DNA of 64,000 nucleotides from Limisphaerales bacterium (lineage in GTDB: Bacteria; Verrucomicrobiota; Verrucomicrobiia; Limisphaerales; JADJPG01): positions 60,403 to 124,402 of the forward strand of contig JBGARF010000035.1 of assembly GCA_044230345.1 (NCBI GenBank), read 5' to 3'. Within the stretch, counting starts at the first letter, position 1. Each line of letters starts with the position of its first letter. Shown here piece after piece: positions 1 through 10,587 of this stretch. The position numbers and the translations under genes were made by a program. Below the pieces are notes generated by a model. That model did no database searches. It saw nothing but the letters and a program-made list of their open reading frames with translations, and was not told the origin of the DNA.

Positions 1-1
1 A

Positions 2-526
2 GGCACGGCTGTCGCGGAGATCCTGGCCCTTACAGGCGGCGAAGGCGCCGACCGCGGATGCGAATGCGTCGGCTATCAATGCCACGATCCCGCCGGACGC
101 GAAGTGCCCAATGCAACCATGAATGACCTGGTCAAATCCGTGCGTCCCACGGGCGGCATCGGCGTGGTCGGCGTCTTCGTCCCCGAGGATCCAGGGAGCA
201 GCGACGACTTGGCCAAGGAAGGCAAGATCGCGTTCGACTTTGGGCTCTTCTGGTCCAAGGGACACCACGTCGGCACGGGACAGGCCAACGTCAAAGCCTA
301 CAATCGCAACTTGCGAAACCTGATTCACAAGGATCGCGCCCAGCCGTCTTGGATTGTCTCGCACGAACTGGCCCTGGACGAAGCGCCGCAGGCCTACCAA
401 CATTTCGATGATCGAGACAACGGTTGGACCAAGGTCATCCTGCATCCCGACAAGGCGTCGCGGATCCCCAAACGGCAGACCACCGCAAAAAAAGGTGGCC
501 GCAAGGAAGCGCTACACGCGCACTGA
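2..526 (+). CDS. Zn-dependent MDR dehydrogenase, glutathione-independent formaldehyde dehydrogenase-like (C-terminal part; 5' end outside window)
   Basis: Frame 2 is open from the window edge to TGA 524-526. Translation GTAVAEILALTGGEGADRGCECVGYQCH...GGIGVVGVFVPEDPG...GTGQANVKAYNRNLRNLIHKDRAQPSWIVSHELALDEAPQAYQHFDDRDNGWTKVILHP fits my memory of the C-terminal third of FdhA-type enzymes. The listed ORF 104..526 starts at an internal Met. Confidence 0.7.
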   Translation, partial: GTAVAEILALTGGEGADRGCECVGYQCHDPAGREVPNATMNDLVKSVRPTGGIGVVGVFVPEDPGSSDDLAKEGKIAFDFGLFWSKGHHVGTGQANVKAYNRNLRNLIHKDRAQPSWIVSHELALDEAPQAYQHFDDRDNGWTKVILHPDKASRIPKRQTTAKKGGRKEALHAH

Positions 527-581
527 AGGAGGCGCACCTCCGCGTCCGACCACGACCACCATTGTCACGGAGCAGGCGAGC

Positions 582-1286
582 ATGAGCACCCGCAAGCACC
601 ACCGCGTTTCGTCATTCAACTCCACGACTAGCCAGCCAAAAAAAGGAGGACCGGGATGGAAGCGCCTGCCCATTAAATGGGGCCCATCCCCGGCGTTTAA
701 GATTCCGATTCCCAGGGATGAGCGGCAGCGCCTCGCGGCGCTGCGTCGTTACGACATCGTGGATACGCCGCCGGAAAAAAACTTCGACCGCATCACCGTC
801 CTGGCTACTCACATCTGCCAGACCCCAATCGCGCTGCTGGTCCTGATCGACGAAGGCCGGCAGTGGTTCAAGGCAAAGGTGGGCGTTCGATTCCGGGAAA
901 CCCCGCGTGAACTGGCCTTCTGCGCCCACGCCATCATGCAGCGCCACATATTCATCATTCCAGACGCCAGCCGCGACGAGCGCTTTGCGCAGAATCCGCT
1001 GGTGACGTCCGGGCCGAAGTATCGCTTCTATGCGGCGTCACCGCTGGTCACCCCGGACCGTCGTGTCCTGGGTACACTCTGTGTCATCGATCGGGTGCGC
1101 CGAACCCTGAACGCCGCTCAGAAGGCGGACCTGATCGCCTTGAGCCGGCTGGTCATGACGGAACTGGAACTGCGCCGGAGGCTGCGCGAGGAGCGTTCAA
1201 GAAACGAGGTTTCTCCCCGCCCGGCCAAGGCACCCCAACCCAACTCAGCGCAGCGCAAATCGACGACGAAAGGCAAAAATTCATGA
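582..1286 (+). CDS. stand-alone GAF domain protein
   Basis: GAF_2-like core LAALRRYDIVDTPPEKNFDRITVLATHICQTPIALLVLIDEGRQWFKAKVG...FCAHAI...IPDASRDERFAQNPLVTSGPKYRFYAASPLVTPDRRVLGTLCVIDRVRRTL. ATG at 582 is preceded by GGAG (568-571) and lies after the upstream stop; the 354 start would overlap the dehydrogenase. No output domain. Stop overlaps the katE ATG. Confidence 0.7.
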   Translation: MSTRKHHRVSSFNSTTSQPKKGGPGWKRLPIKWGPSPAFKIPIPRDERQRLAALRRYDIVDTPPEKNFDRITVLATHICQTPIALLVLIDEGRQWFKAKVGVRFRETPRELAFCAHAIMQRHIFIIPDASRDERFAQNPLVTSGPKYRFYAASPLVTPDRRVLGTLCVIDRVRRTLNAAQKADLIALSRLVMTELELRRRLREERSRNEVSPRPAKAPQPNSAQRKSTTKGKNS

Positions 1287-3397
1287 GCAAAAAGACCAGG
1301 CCCACGACCGCCCGCAAGCCCAAACCCGAAAAGCCGACGCCGCCCAGCGAGGAGGCAACGATCGGCGCTGGCGGCGAGCTGCACCAAATCGCTGACGGGC
1401 GCCATCCGGCGCTGACCACCAACCAAGGCGTCCCCCTCTCGGACAACCAAAACACGCTCAAGGCCAGCCCGCGTGGTCCCGCCCTGCTGGAGGACTTCAT
1501 CCTCCGTGAAAAGATTACCCACTTCGATCACGAAAGAATTCCCGAGCGCATCGTCCACGCGCGGGCGACCGGTGTGCATGGGTTTTTCGAGCTGACGGCC
1601 TCGTTGAAGCAATACACCACCGCGCGGATCCTGACCGAGGTAGGCACGAGGACGCCCGTGTTCACGCGCATCTCCACCGTCGCCGGTGGCGCCGGTTCAA
1701 TCGACACCCCGCGCGATGTGCGCGGCTTCGCCGTCAAGTTCTACACTCAGGAGGGCAATTGGGATCTGGTGGGCAACAATATTCCCGTCTTCTTCATCCA
1801 GGATGCCATCAAGTTTCCCGACCTCATCCACGCCGTGAAAATGGAGCCGGATCGCGGGTTCCCCCAATCGGCCACCGCGCACGACACCTTTTGGGATTTC
1901 ATCTCCCTCACGCCCGAAGCCATGCACATGGTCATGTGGATTATGTCGGATCGGACACTGCCGCGTTCGTTGCGGATGATTGAAGGATTCGGAGTCCACA
2001 GTTTCCGCCTCATCAACGCGGCGGGCGAAGCCACCTTCGTGAAATTTCACTGGCGTCCCAAACTCGGCCTGCAGTCCACGCTCTGGGACGAGACAGTGAA
2101 GATCTCCGGGGCCGATCAGGACTTCCACCGACGCGATATGTTCGAGGCCATCACGTCAGGCAATTTCCCGGAGTGGGAATTTGCGGTTCAGCTCTTCACG
2201 GAGGCCGAGGCGGCTCGATTCCCGTTCGACCACCTTGACGCGACCAAGCTCATTCCCGAAGAGCTTGTGCCATTGAAAGTCATCGGCCGCATGGTCCTGG
2301 ATCGGTGGCCAAATAATTTCTTCGCAGACACGGAACAGGTGGCCTATTGCCCCTCGCATCTGGTCCCGGGTCTGGACTTCTCGAACGACCCTCTGCTGCA
2401 AGGCCGATTGTTCTCCTATCTGGACACCCAGCTTTCGCGCCTGGGCAGCCCCAATTTCCACCAACTCCCCATCAACGCTCCCAAGTGCCCGTTCTCGAAT
2501 CACCAACGCGACGCGAAAATGCAAACCGCGCAGCCGGTGGGCCGCGTGGCCTATGAACCCAACTCGCTCTCGGGAGATTCACCCCGCGAAACTCCCGCCG
2601 CAGGCTTCCGCAGCGCCGCCGTTTCCGAATCGGGCGAGAAAGGCCGGATCCGTCCCGAAAGCTTCGCCGATCACTACAGCCAAGCGCGTCAGTTTTACAT
2701 CAGCCAGACTGGGCACGAGCAGGCCCACATCGCATCGGCTCTGGTCTTCGAACTTTCCAAGGTCGAGCACCCCCACATCCGGGACGCCATGGTCGGACAT
2801 CTGCGTCACATCGACGACGACCTGGCCCAGCGCGTCGCCGCGGGCCTCGGGCTCGCCAAACTTCCCCATCCCCCCAAACCGGCCGCGCCCGTGCAATCAA
2901 GGCCGCCCTCCCCCGCGTTGCGAACCATCGGAAAAATGAAACCCACGCTCCAGGGCCGCGCGATCGGCATTTTGATCGCCGATGGCTCCGACGGGGCAAC
3001 GATCAAGAAAATCAAAAAGGCGGCGACCGCCGCCGGCGCCATGGTGAAGATCATCGCGCCGAAAATTGGCGGCGCGACGCTGCTTGATGGCTCCGTGCTG
3101 GCCGCCGACGGACAGCTGGCCGGAACGCCGTCGGTGCTGTTCGACGCCGTTGCGGTGGTTCTCTCCGCCGAGGGAGCCGCCAAACTGGAGACGGAAAGCG
3201 CGGCTCTTGATTTCGTCCGTGACGCTTTCAGCCATCTCAAGGCCATCGCCGTCGATCGGGGCGGAGGCTCGCTCCTGCAAAAGGCCCAGGTCGGGCAGGA
3301 TGCCGGAGTGTTGAGTGCCAACGAGCCGGCCGCTTTTGTGGCCGCCGCGATGACCCGCCAGTGGGATCGAGAGAAAGCCGTGCGGACCCTGGCCTAG
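1283..3397 (+). CDS. katE: large-subunit catalase (HPII type) with C-terminal DJ-1/PfpI-like domain
   Basis: 704 aa. Catalase core motifs [69 protein letters not shown]. The ~75-aa N-terminal extension and ~150-aa C-terminal flavodoxin-like domain ([14 protein letters not shown]...) are typical of HPII. Confidence 0.95.
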   Translation: MSKKTRPTTARKPKPEKPTPPSEEATIGAGGELHQIADGRHPALTTNQGVPLSDNQNTLKASPRGPALLEDFILREKITHFDHERIPERIVHARATGVHGFFELTASLKQYTTARILTEVGTRTPVFTRISTVAGGAGSIDTPRDVRGFAVKFYTQEGNWDLVGNNIPVFFIQDAIKFPDLIHAVKMEPDRGFPQSATAHDTFWDFISLTPEAMHMVMWIMSDRTLPRSLRMIEGFGVHSFRLINAAGEATFVKFHWRPKLGLQSTLWDETVKISGADQDFHRRDMFEAITSGNFPEWEFAVQLFTEAEAARFPFDHLDATKLIPEELVPLKVIGRMVLDRWPNNFFADTEQVAYCPSHLVPGLDFSNDPLLQGRLFSYLDTQLSRLGSPNFHQLPINAPKCPFSNHQRDAKMQTAQPVGRVAYEPNSLSGDSPRETPAAGFRSAAVSESGEKGRIRPESFADHYSQARQFYISQTGHEQAHIASALVFELSKVEHPHIRDAMVGHLRHIDDDLAQRVAAGLGLAKLPHPPKPAAPVQSRPPSPALRTIGKMKPTLQGRAIGILIADGSDGATIKKIKKAATAAGAMVKIIAPKIGGATLLDGSVLAADGQLAGTPSVLFDAVAVVLSAEGAAKLETESAALDFVRDAFSHLKAIAVDRGGGSLLQKAQVGQDAGVLSANEPAAFVAAAMTRQWDREKAVRTLA

Positions 3398-3691
3398 CCT
3401 GGCAGCAAGTCAGATCGCGCAGGTCACATCATTGGGGAAACCGGTTCACCGTACCGTTACCTGCGACAGATCCGGGATGGGCGCGTCATCGTCGGCGGCG
3501 AAGACGAAAACTTCGCCGGTGCCGCCCGGCGCGAGGCGCTGATCTCACAAAAGACGCGGACGTTGCTGAAGAGGTTCGCACGCCTCTTTCCGGACCATCC
3601 TCGGGCGGTGACCTTTGCCTGACCCGGCACGTTGGCCACGACCAAGGGCCATTCTCCGATTGGACAAAGCGATTTTCACCCGCAATCATAG
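3398..3691 (+). pseudogene. relic of the C-terminal end of an FAD-dependent (DAO-family-like) oxidoreductase, with an in-frame stop
   Basis: Frame 2 reads ...GSPYRYLRQIRDGRVIVGGEDENFAGAARREALISQKTRTLLKRFARLFPDHPRAVTFA*PGTLATTKGHSPIGQ. This resembles the ...GG(E/D)D...L...FP...W.G....T.DGLP.IG tail of FAD oxidoreductases. A TGA (3620-3622) sits where a Trp is expected. There is no N-terminal part, because katE ends immediately upstream. Confidence 0.4.
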
Positions 3692-3714
3692 TGGCACCAT
3701 TGCCGGACCCCAAA

Positions 3715-4860
3715 ATGGATCTGATCGTCGCCCGACCTGAAGGCCTCTACTGCCCGCCCGGAGATTTTTACATCGATCCGTGGCGGGCGGTGGAGTGTGC
3801 CGTCATCACTCACGGGCACAGTGACCACGCCCGCAGCGGGAGCCGCCATTATTTGGCGGCGGCTCCGGGCGCGGACATCTTGCGGCGACGCCTTGGCGCG
3901 GACCTCCGGCTGGAAACACTCGCCTACGGCGAGGTCATCAACCATCGCGGGGTCAACCTGAGCCTGCATCCGGCTGGTCATGTGTTGGGTTCTGCGCAGG
4001 TGCGTTTGGAATACGGAGGCGAGGTGTGGGTGGCGTCCGGCGACTACAAACTGGAAGGGGACCCCACCTGCGCGGCGTTTGAGCCTGTGCGCTGTCATTG
4101 CTTCATCACCGAATCCACCTTTGGCCTCCCGATCTACACGTGGCCGCAGGCAACCCAGCTTGTGGCCGACATCAACTCATGGTGGCGGAACAACGCCGCC
4201 CAGCAACGGACCAGCGTCCTGTTCTGCTACGCCTTCGGCAAGGCCCAGCGCTTACTCTCCGGCCTCGAACCTGACATCGGGCCCATCCTGACCCACGGCG
4301 CCGTTGAACCGATCAACCAGATTTACCGCCAGGCCCGTGTTAAACTTCCGCCGACCCAACTTGCGGCACACCTGATCGACCGTTCCCAGCTTGGCCGGAG
4401 CATCGTGCTGGCGCCGCCCTCCGCGCAGGGCAGCAGCTGGATGAAACGCTTCGGCGACTATGCGGACGGTTTTGCCAGCGGGTGGATGCAGCTCCGCGGC
4501 ACCCGCCGACGGCGGGGCGTGGACCGCGGGTTTGTGGTGTCCGACCACGCAGACTGGCCGGGACTGCAGCAGGCCATTGCCGCCACGCGGGCGGAACGCG
4601 TGTTTGTTACCCATGGCCAGATCAATGTCATGGTGCGCTGGCTGCGGGAGCAGGGCCTGGACGCGCAAGCTTTCGCCACCGAATACGGCGAGGAGGAAGG
4701 CGAAAGCCCGGCGCTCTCGGAGGACCACGATACTTTTCACGAAACTTCCCTCCCCGGGGTGGCCCGCGAAGCGGGATCGGCTGAGGTGGAGCCGTCGCTG
4801 GTTCATGGCTTCGATTCGGAAGGCAGGAGCTCTTCCCCGGATGCACCGAAGCCACCATGA
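3715..4860 (+). CDS. ligase-associated DNA damage response exonuclease (metallo-beta-lactamase fold)
   Basis: MDLIVARPEGLYCPPGDFYIDPW...VITHGHSDHARSG (HxHxDH motif)...ITESTFGLP...VSDHADW. Start moved to the ATG at 3715, because the upstream 118 codons of ORF 3361..4860 are Arg-rich and overlap the oxidoreductase relic. First gene of the Exo-Lig-Lhr-PdeM cluster. Acidic/Pro-rich C-terminal tail of about 50 aa. Confidence 0.85.
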   Translation: MDLIVARPEGLYCPPGDFYIDPWRAVECAVITHGHSDHARSGSRHYLAAAPGADILRRRLGADLRLETLAYGEVINHRGVNLSLHPAGHVLGSAQVRLEYGGEVWVASGDYKLEGDPTCAAFEPVRCHCFITESTFGLPIYTWPQATQLVADINSWWRNNAAQQRTSVLFCYAFGKAQRLLSGLEPDIGPILTHGAVEPINQIYRQARVKLPPTQLAAHLIDRSQLGRSIVLAPPSAQGSSWMKRFGDYADGFASGWMQLRGTRRRRGVDRGFVVSDHADWPGLQQAIAATRAERVFVTHGQINVMVRWLREQGLDAQAFATEYGEEEGESPALSEDHDTFHETSLPGVAREAGSAEVEPSLVHGFDSEGRSSSPDAPKPP

Positions 4861-6548
4861 AAGCCTTCGCCGATCTCTATGCCGCCCTCGATGCGCACAC
4901 GAGCAACAACGCCAAGCTGGCGGCACTGGAGGCCTATTTCCGCGACGCTCATCCGGCCGACGCGGCTTGGGCCGTCTACTTTCTGTGCGGCGGACGCCCA
5001 CGCCAGCTGGTGCCCACGAAACTCCTGCGGGAGTTGCCCGTCCAGTCGCCCGGGTTGCCGCCGTGGCTGTTCGAAGAATGCTACCAGGCTGTCGGCGATC
5101 TGGCCGAGACGATTTCCCTTCTGTTGCCGGCGTCGGCCCATACCTCGACGGAGGGTCTGGCCGAGTGGGTTGAAGGCAAGCTGCTGCCGTTGCGGGGCAT
5201 GGCTTCCGCGGAACTCATTCCCCACTTGGGACCGTTGCTTCAACAGCTGGATCGCGGGTGTCAGTTGGTGTGCCTCAAACTGATCACCGGCAGTTTCCGG
5301 GTGGGCGTTTCCCGCCTGCTCGTCACCCGAGCGCTCGCCAGTCTCGCAGGACTCGACGCCAAACGCATCGCCCAACGGCTCGTCGGCTACACCGATCTTT
5401 CGGCCCGGCCGACTGCGGCAAGTTTCCAGCGGCTGATCTCGTCGGTCTCCGCCGACGGCCAGGACCAACACGACCCGGGCCAGCCCTATCCATTTTTTCT
5501 CGCGCATTCATTGCAGGTTCCCATCGCTGAGCTCACTGCACAAATCGGCCCGCCTCGCGAGTGGCAGATCGAATGGAAGTGGGATGGCATCCGCGCCCAG
5601 CTGGTCAAACGCCAGGGTCAGGTGTGGATCTGGTCGCGTGGCGAGGAACTGGTCACGGATCGCTTTCCGGAACTGGCCGCGCTGGCCGCTCACCTGCCGA
5701 ACGGCACCGTGTTCGATGGTGAGATCGTGGTCTGGAAGGAGGGCCAGGCGCAGCCGTTCGCGCTCCTGCAACAGCGCCTCGGACGCAAGACCGTCAACGC
5801 CCGGCTCCAGGCGAATGTCCCCGTCGCGTTGCTGGCCTACGATCTCTTGGAATGGCAAGGCGAGGACTGGCGTCAGCGTCCACTGTGCGAGCGGCGCGCC
5901 CAGCTCGAGCAGGCTGTCGCCGCCTGCGCCCGGCCGGAGCTGCAACTTTCGCCTTTGTTAGGCGGCGCGGACTGGCCGGACCTCGACCGCCAGCGGGCCA
6001 CGTCGCGCCGCCTTGGGGTGGAAGGCATGATGCTGAAAGACAAAAAGGCGCAGTATGGCGTGGGCCGCACCAAGGATGTTGGCGTGTGGTGGAAGTGGAA
6101 GATCGATCCTTATGTCGTGGACGCCGTCCTCATCTATGCGCAACGCGGACACGGACGGCGAGCAAGCTTGTATACCGATTTCACGTTCGCCGTCTGGGAT
6201 GGCCCCGCCGAAAGAAACGGGCGCAAACTCGTACCCTTCGCCAAGGCTTACTCCGGCTTGACCGACGCCGAGATGCGCCAAGTGGATGCGATTGTCCGTC
6301 GAACCACGCTGGAGAAATTTGGCCCCATGCGGACGGTGACTCCGACCCTTGTCTTTGCAATCGGCTTTGAAGGCATCGCCCGGAGTTCGCGCCACAAGAG
6401 CGGGCTCGCCGTGCGTTTTCCCCGCATGCTGCGCTGGCGACAGGACAAGCCGCCCGCCGAGGCGGATACGCTGGACACCCTGCGCGCGTTGCTGCCCCCG
6501 GTAGAGCCCAGTTCAGCCCCAAACCACGAAACAGCCGAGTTGTTTTGA
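4857..6548 (+). CDS. ATP-dependent DNA ligase (ligase-associated damage response type)
   Basis: 563 aa. Adenylation motif [12 protein letters not shown] (KxDG); later motifs [30 protein letters not shown] overlap with the exonuclease stop (4857-4860). Confidence 0.9.
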   Translation: MKAFADLYAALDAHTSNNAKLAALEAYFRDAHPADAAWAVYFLCGGRPRQLVPTKLLRELPVQSPGLPPWLFEECYQAVGDLAETISLLLPASAHTSTEGLAEWVEGKLLPLRGMASAELIPHLGPLLQQLDRGCQLVCLKLITGSFRVGVSRLLVTRALASLAGLDAKRIAQRLVGYTDLSARPTAASFQRLISSVSADGQDQHDPGQPYPFFLAHSLQVPIAELTAQIGPPREWQIEWKWDGIRAQLVKRQGQVWIWSRGEELVTDRFPELAALAAHLPNGTVFDGEIVVWKEGQAQPFALLQQRLGRKTVNARLQANVPVALLAYDLLEWQGEDWRQRPLCERRAQLEQAVAACARPELQLSPLLGGADWPDLDRQRATSRRLGVEGMMLKDKKAQYGVGRTKDVGVWWKWKIDPYVVDAVLIYAQRGHGRRASLYTDFTFAVWDGPAERNGRKLVPFAKAYSGLTDAEMRQVDAIVRRTTLEKFGPMRTVTPTLVFAIGFEGIARSSRHKSGLAVRFPRMLRWRQDKPPAEADTLDTLRALLPPVEPSSAPNHETAELF

Positions 6549-9241
6549 ATCCGCCGACGGCCACTGCAACCGCGCTCCAGCCGCCTAAATCTCCGGCGGG
6601 GGATGCAACCCTTGCCGATCGCTGGTTCAAGCGCCGGGGCTGGACGCCATTCGCCTTTCAACGTGAAGTTTGGCAGGCCGTGGCGCAGGGCAGCTCCGGC
6701 TTGCTCCATGCGACGACCGGCGCGGGCAAGACCTACGCCGTCTGGCTTGCAGCCTTGAACCAATTCGTCGACCCAGCCAAGGCGCGGCGAGCGGCGCCGC
6801 CCCGGCGCATTCGCCCGCGCTCCGCGGCCGCGCCTGGGCTCACCGTGCTGTGGATTACCCCCATGCGCGCCCTCGCCGCCGACACGGAGCGCGCCCTCCT
6901 CGAGCCGCTGGACGAACTGCAAATTCAGTGGACCGTGGGCCTGCGCACCGGCGACACCACCGCCGCCCAACGATCGAAACAAGCGCGACGCCTGCCCTCG
7001 GCGTTGATTACCACCCCCGAAAGCCTGAGCTTGCTCCTGTCCCGCGCCGATGCTCGCGACGCGTTGGCCGGAGTGCGCATGGTGGTGGTGGACGAGTGGC
7101 ACGAGTTGATCGGCAACAAGCGCGGCGTGCAGCTGCAGCTGGCGTTGGCCCGGCTGCGCCGCTGGCAGCCGGCACTGATTTGCTGGGGCTTGTCTGCCAC
7201 CCTCGGCAATTTGCCGCATGCTTTGGAAGTGCTTCTCGGCCGAGACGGCGGAGCGTTGGTGGAGGGCAAGCAAGCCAAGGAAATCTTCATCGACACGATC
7301 CTCCCAACCGCCATCGAGCGTTTCCCCTGGGCAGGCCATCTCGGCCTGACCCTCCTGCCCCAGGTCGTGGCGGAATTGGAATGCAGCCGCACGTCCCTCG
7401 TCTTCACCAACACCCGCTCCCAAGCCGAGCTTTGGTATCGGGCGATCCTGGAAAAACGTCCCGACTGGGCAGGCTTGATCTCGTTGCATCACGGCTCGCT
7501 GGACCGGAAGGTGCGCACCTGGGTGGAAGTGGCGTTGAAAAGCGGGCGCCTCAAGGCGGTCATTTGCACGTCGAGCCTCGACCTCGGAGTGGACTTTCTA
7601 CCGGTGGAACGTGTGCTGCAGATCGGCTCGCCCAAAGGGGTCGCGCGGCTGATGCAGCGCGCAGGCCGATCCGGTCACGCGCCGGGACGGAAGTCGCGGC
7701 TGACCATGGTGCCGACCCACAGTCTCGAGCTGGTGGAATCCGTCGCCGCCCAGGATGCGATCGCAGCGCTGCAGGTCGAGCCGCGCCTGTCTCCCCTCAA
7801 GCCTCTGGACGTGCTGGTGCAGCACCTGGTCACCGTGGCATTGGGAGGAGGTTTCACCCCGGATGATCTGCGCGCCGAAATCGCCACCGCGTGGGCCTAT
7901 CGCGATCTCACCCAGGAAGAGTGGGAATGGGCCCTCGGCTTCGTCCGCCACGGCGGCAGCTCCTTGCGGGCCTACCCCGACTATCACCGCGTGCTCCCGG
8001 ACGAGCAGGGCGTCTGGCGCGTGCCCAACCCGCAGCTGGCCCGGCGCCATCGCATGAGCATCGGCACCATCGTCAGCGATTCCAGCATGGCCGTGAAACT
8101 CTGGAGCAGGCGGGGCGGAGGCAAGGTGCTCGGCCTGGTTGAGGAAGGATTCATCGCGCGGCTCAAGCCGGGCGATCACCTCCTGTTCGCAGGGCGTTTG
8201 TTGGAACTGGTGCGCATTCGCGAAATGACGGCTCTGGTCCGGCCCGCCGCCGGCCGGAAACCCGCCGTGCCGATCTGGAACGGTGGGCGCATGCCGCTCT
8301 CGTCGGAACTTTCCAACGCGATCGTGGCCCGCATGGACGCCGCGGCTCACGGGCATTTCCACGGCCCCGAAATGCAGCTGGTCAAGCCGTTGCTGGAACT
8401 GCAGATGAAATGGTCCGCCCTGCCCTCGCCGCACACACTGCTGGCCGAGACGTTGAAAACCCGCGACGGCTGGCACCTTTTTCTTTATCCCTACGCGGGG
8501 CGAAATGTGCACCTCGGGCTGGCCAGCCTGCTGGCTTGGCGCATCGGCCAACGCCAAGCCGGCACGTTTTCCATCGCGGTGAATGACTACGGGTTTGAGC
8601 TGCTGGCCGCGACCGAGATGAACTGGGAACACCTGCTCACCGCTGAAATGTTCAGCACCGATCAGTTGCTCGAGGATGTGCTCGGCAGTCTGAATGCGGG
8701 CGAACTGGCCCAGCGACGCTTTCGCGAGATCGCCCGAATCTCCGGCCTCGTTTTCTCTGGATACCCCGGCGCACCGAAAAGCACGCGCCAGGTTCAGGCG
8801 TCTTCCAGCCTGTTCTACGACGTGTTTCGGAAATACGATCCCTCGAACCTGCTCCTCACCCAATCGCAGCAAGAAGTGTTGCGCCAGGAACTCGACGTGG
8901 CGAGGCTCAGCGACACTCTCGCTCAGATGAAGAACAAAAGCTTGCACTGGCAGCGCCTCGCGCGGCCCACGCCCTTCGCGTTCCCCCTGCTGGTGGAACA
9001 TTTCCGCGAAAGTTCGAGCTCGGAAAAACTCAGCGACCGGATCGCGCGCATGGTGATCGATTTGGAACGAGCCGCCGGCGCGGGCCGCGACGAGCCCCGC
9101 GCTTTCGACCAAAATCACGGCACGGGCGACCTCTCCCCGCCATCGCCACCGCTTCCCGCCGCCCGCGATGACAAGGGTAAAGCCAAAGTCACACCCCGGC
9201 CCACGCGCATCCGTCCACCCCGACCAAGGCACGGTTTGTGA
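6545..9241 (+). CDS. ligase-associated DNA damage response DEXH-box helicase (Lhr-core-like)
   Basis: 898 aa. [17 protein letters not shown], Walker [14 protein letters not shown] box VVVDEWHEL, helicase C motifs [10 protein letters not shown] and [11 protein letters not shown] start overlaps the ligase stop (TTGA 6545-6548); the exact start is uncertain. Confidence 0.9.
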   Translation: MNPPTATATALQPPKSPAGDATLADRWFKRRGWTPFAFQREVWQAVAQGSSGLLHATTGAGKTYAVWLAALNQFVDPAKARRAAPPRRIRPRSAAAPGLTVLWITPMRALAADTERALLEPLDELQIQWTVGLRTGDTTAAQRSKQARRLPSALITTPESLSLLLSRADARDALAGVRMVVVDEWHELIGNKRGVQLQLALARLRRWQPALICWGLSATLGNLPHALEVLLGRDGGALVEGKQAKEIFIDTILPTAIERFPWAGHLGLTLLPQVVAELECSRTSLVFTNTRSQAELWYRAILEKRPDWAGLISLHHGSLDRKVRTWVEVALKSGRLKAVICTSSLDLGVDFLPVERVLQIGSPKGVARLMQRAGRSGHAPGRKSRLTMVPTHSLELVESVAAQDAIAALQVEPRLSPLKPLDVLVQHLVTVALGGGFTPDDLRAEIATAWAYRDLTQEEWEWALGFVRHGGSSLRAYPDYHRVLPDEQGVWRVPNPQLARRHRMSIGTIVSDSSMAVKLWSRRGGGKVLGLVEEGFIARLKPGDHLLFAGRLLELVRIREMTALVRPAAGRKPAVPIWNGGRMPLSSELSNAIVARMDAAAHGHFHGPEMQLVKPLLELQMKWSALPSPHTLLAETLKTRDGWHLFLYPYAGRNVHLGLASLLAWRIGQRQAGTFSIAVNDYGFELLAATEMNWEHLLTAEMFSTDQLLEDVLGSLNAGELAQRRFREIARISGLVFSGYPGAPKSTRQVQASSSLFYDVFRKYDPSNLLLTQSQQEVLRQELDVARLSDTLAQMKNKSLHWQRLARPTPFAFPLLVEHFRESSSSEKLSDRIARMVIDLERAAGAGRDEPRAFDQNHGTGDLSPPSPPLPAARDDKGKAKVTPRPTRIRPPRPRHGL

Positions 9242-9966
9242 GGCGAGAGATCATCCTGGAGATTGCCAGCCAGCAATTGCTGCTGCTGGCCGGCAAGGCC
9301 GCCTATTGGCCGCAGCAACAGCTGTTGCTCGTCGCCGACCCCCACTTCGGCAAGGCCGCCGCATATCGGGCGCTGGGACAACCCGTGCCGCACGGAACCA
9401 CCGCCTCCAACCTGTCCCGGCTCGTGCAGCTTCTGTCGAACTATCCCACCCGCCAGTTAGTTTTCCTGGGCGATTTCCTGCACGCGCCACAATCCCATGC
9501 CCCTTCCGTGCTGGCCGCCCTGCACGAATGGCGGCTGCGCCACGTTGATCTCCCCTGCACGCTGATTCGCGGCAATCACGATCTCCGCGCCGGCGACCCG
9601 CCCGCCACCCTGGGAATCGACGTCGTCCGCGAGCCGTTCGTGCTCGGCCCCTTTGCCCTGCGCCACACTCCGGCCGCACTGCCCGGCCATCACGTCATCG
9701 CCGGCCACCTCCATCCCGTGTTTCAACTGCGCGGCAAGGGCCGCCAGCGGCTGCGCCTGCCTTGTTTTCACCACAGCGCCGAGGTCACCGTGCTTCCCTC
9801 GTTCGGCGATTTCACCGGCGGCCACCCCATAGCGGGAAGCCCGGATCACCGCATTTTCATCACCGATGAAAACAACGTCTGGCCGGTGGCATCGCCGGCC
9901 AGGCGCCTCGCCCGGGGACGACGTTCCCGCCGGCCGCGTTCAACGCTTTTGCCGTTGGCCGACTAG
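9238..9966 (+). CDS. pdeM: ligase-associated DNA damage response endonuclease PdeM (metallophosphoesterase)
   Basis: [22 protein letters not shown]...[10 protein letters not shown]...LIRGNHD...GHLHP metallophosphoesterase motifs. GTG start overlaps the helicase stop (GTGA 9238-9241). Arg-rich tail overlaps the convergent response regulator 3' end. Confidence 0.85.
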   Translation: MRREIILEIASQQLLLLAGKAAYWPQQQLLLVADPHFGKAAAYRALGQPVPHGTTASNLSRLVQLLSNYPTRQLVFLGDFLHAPQSHAPSVLAALHEWRLRHVDLPCTLIRGNHDLRAGDPPATLGIDVVREPFVLGPFALRHTPAALPGHHVIAGHLHPVFQLRGKGRQRLRLPCFHHSAEVTVLPSFGDFTGGHPIAGSPDHRIFITDENNVWPVASPARRLARGRRSRRPRSTLLPLAD

Positions 9967-10587
9967 AGCCTCGACGGCCACCAGCGAAGCCGCGTTGCGG
10001 CTTTCCACCCCGAGTTTTTCGAAGATATGTTCGAGGTGCTTTTTCACCGTGCCCTCCGCCGCGCCCAGGATGACTGCGATCTCAGGGTTGCTCTTGCCCT
10101 GCGCGAGCCAGAGCAACACCTCCGCTTCACGCGGCGTCAGCCCGAGCGCTGCGAGCGGCTGGGCGGAACTGAAATCAGGCGCGAACTCGACCTGCGACTG
10201 GGCGGCCTCCGCCTTCTCCGCGTGGCGTTCGAGCCGGGCGCGGACGGCCGCCAGCAATTCGTCGGCATCGACGGGCTTGGTGAGATAGTCGTCCGCCCCC
10301 AGATTCATCCCAGTGCGCACGTCGCTGCGCTCGCCCCGCGCCGTGAGAAAGATAAACGGTGTCGCCACGGTTGACGGATCCCCGCGCAACGCCGCGAGCA
10401 CGCCGTGGCCGTCCAGCTCCGGCATCATGACGTCGCACAGCACAAGGTCAGGCCGCTCGCGCCGCGCGAGCTCCACCCCAAGCCGGCCATTGACCGCCTG
10501 CAGCGTGACGAATCCCTCCATGGCAAGGATGGTGGTCATGTTGCGGAGCATTTCCGGCTCGTCTTCAATCACGAGAATTCGATTCAT
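9940..10587 (-). CDS. response regulator, REC + LuxR/NarL-type HTH
   Basis: MNRILVIEDEP...DLVLCDVMMPELDG...FIFLTA...GADDYLTKP receiver, then LTPREAEVLLWLAQGKSNPEIAVILGAAEGTVKKHLEHIFEKLGV HTH. First 23 nt overlap the upstream kinase gene. Confidence 0.9.
   Translation of the reverse strand: MNRILVIEDEPEMLRNMTTILAMEGFVTLQAVNGRLGVELARRERPDLVLCDVMMPELDGHGVLAALRGDPSTVATPFIFLTARGERSDVRTGMNLGADDYLTKPVDADELLAAVRARLERHAEKAEAAQSQVEFAPDFSSAQPLAALGLTPREAEVLLWLAQGKSNPEIAVILGAAEGTVKKHLEHIFEKLGVESRNAASLVAVEALVGQRQKR

Noticed and set aside
527-541. Small hairpin ggagg-cgca-cctcc after the dehydrogenase stop, considered as a terminator.
   Set aside because: It has only a 5-bp stem and no T-tract, and it overlaps the probable RBS region of the next gene.
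354-581. N-terminal extension of the GAF ORF (start at 354).
   Set aside because: It overlaps the 3' end of the dehydrogenase gene in another frame, and its translation is Arg/Pro/Thr-rich. ATG 582, with an upstream GGAG, is a better start.
3361-3714. N-terminal 118 codons of ORF 3361..4860 (exonuclease).
   Set aside because: The stretch is Arg-rich and non-protein-like. It overlaps the katE 3' end and the oxidoreductase relic, which is in a different frame. The family-typical N-terminus MDLIVARPEGLYC begins at 3715.
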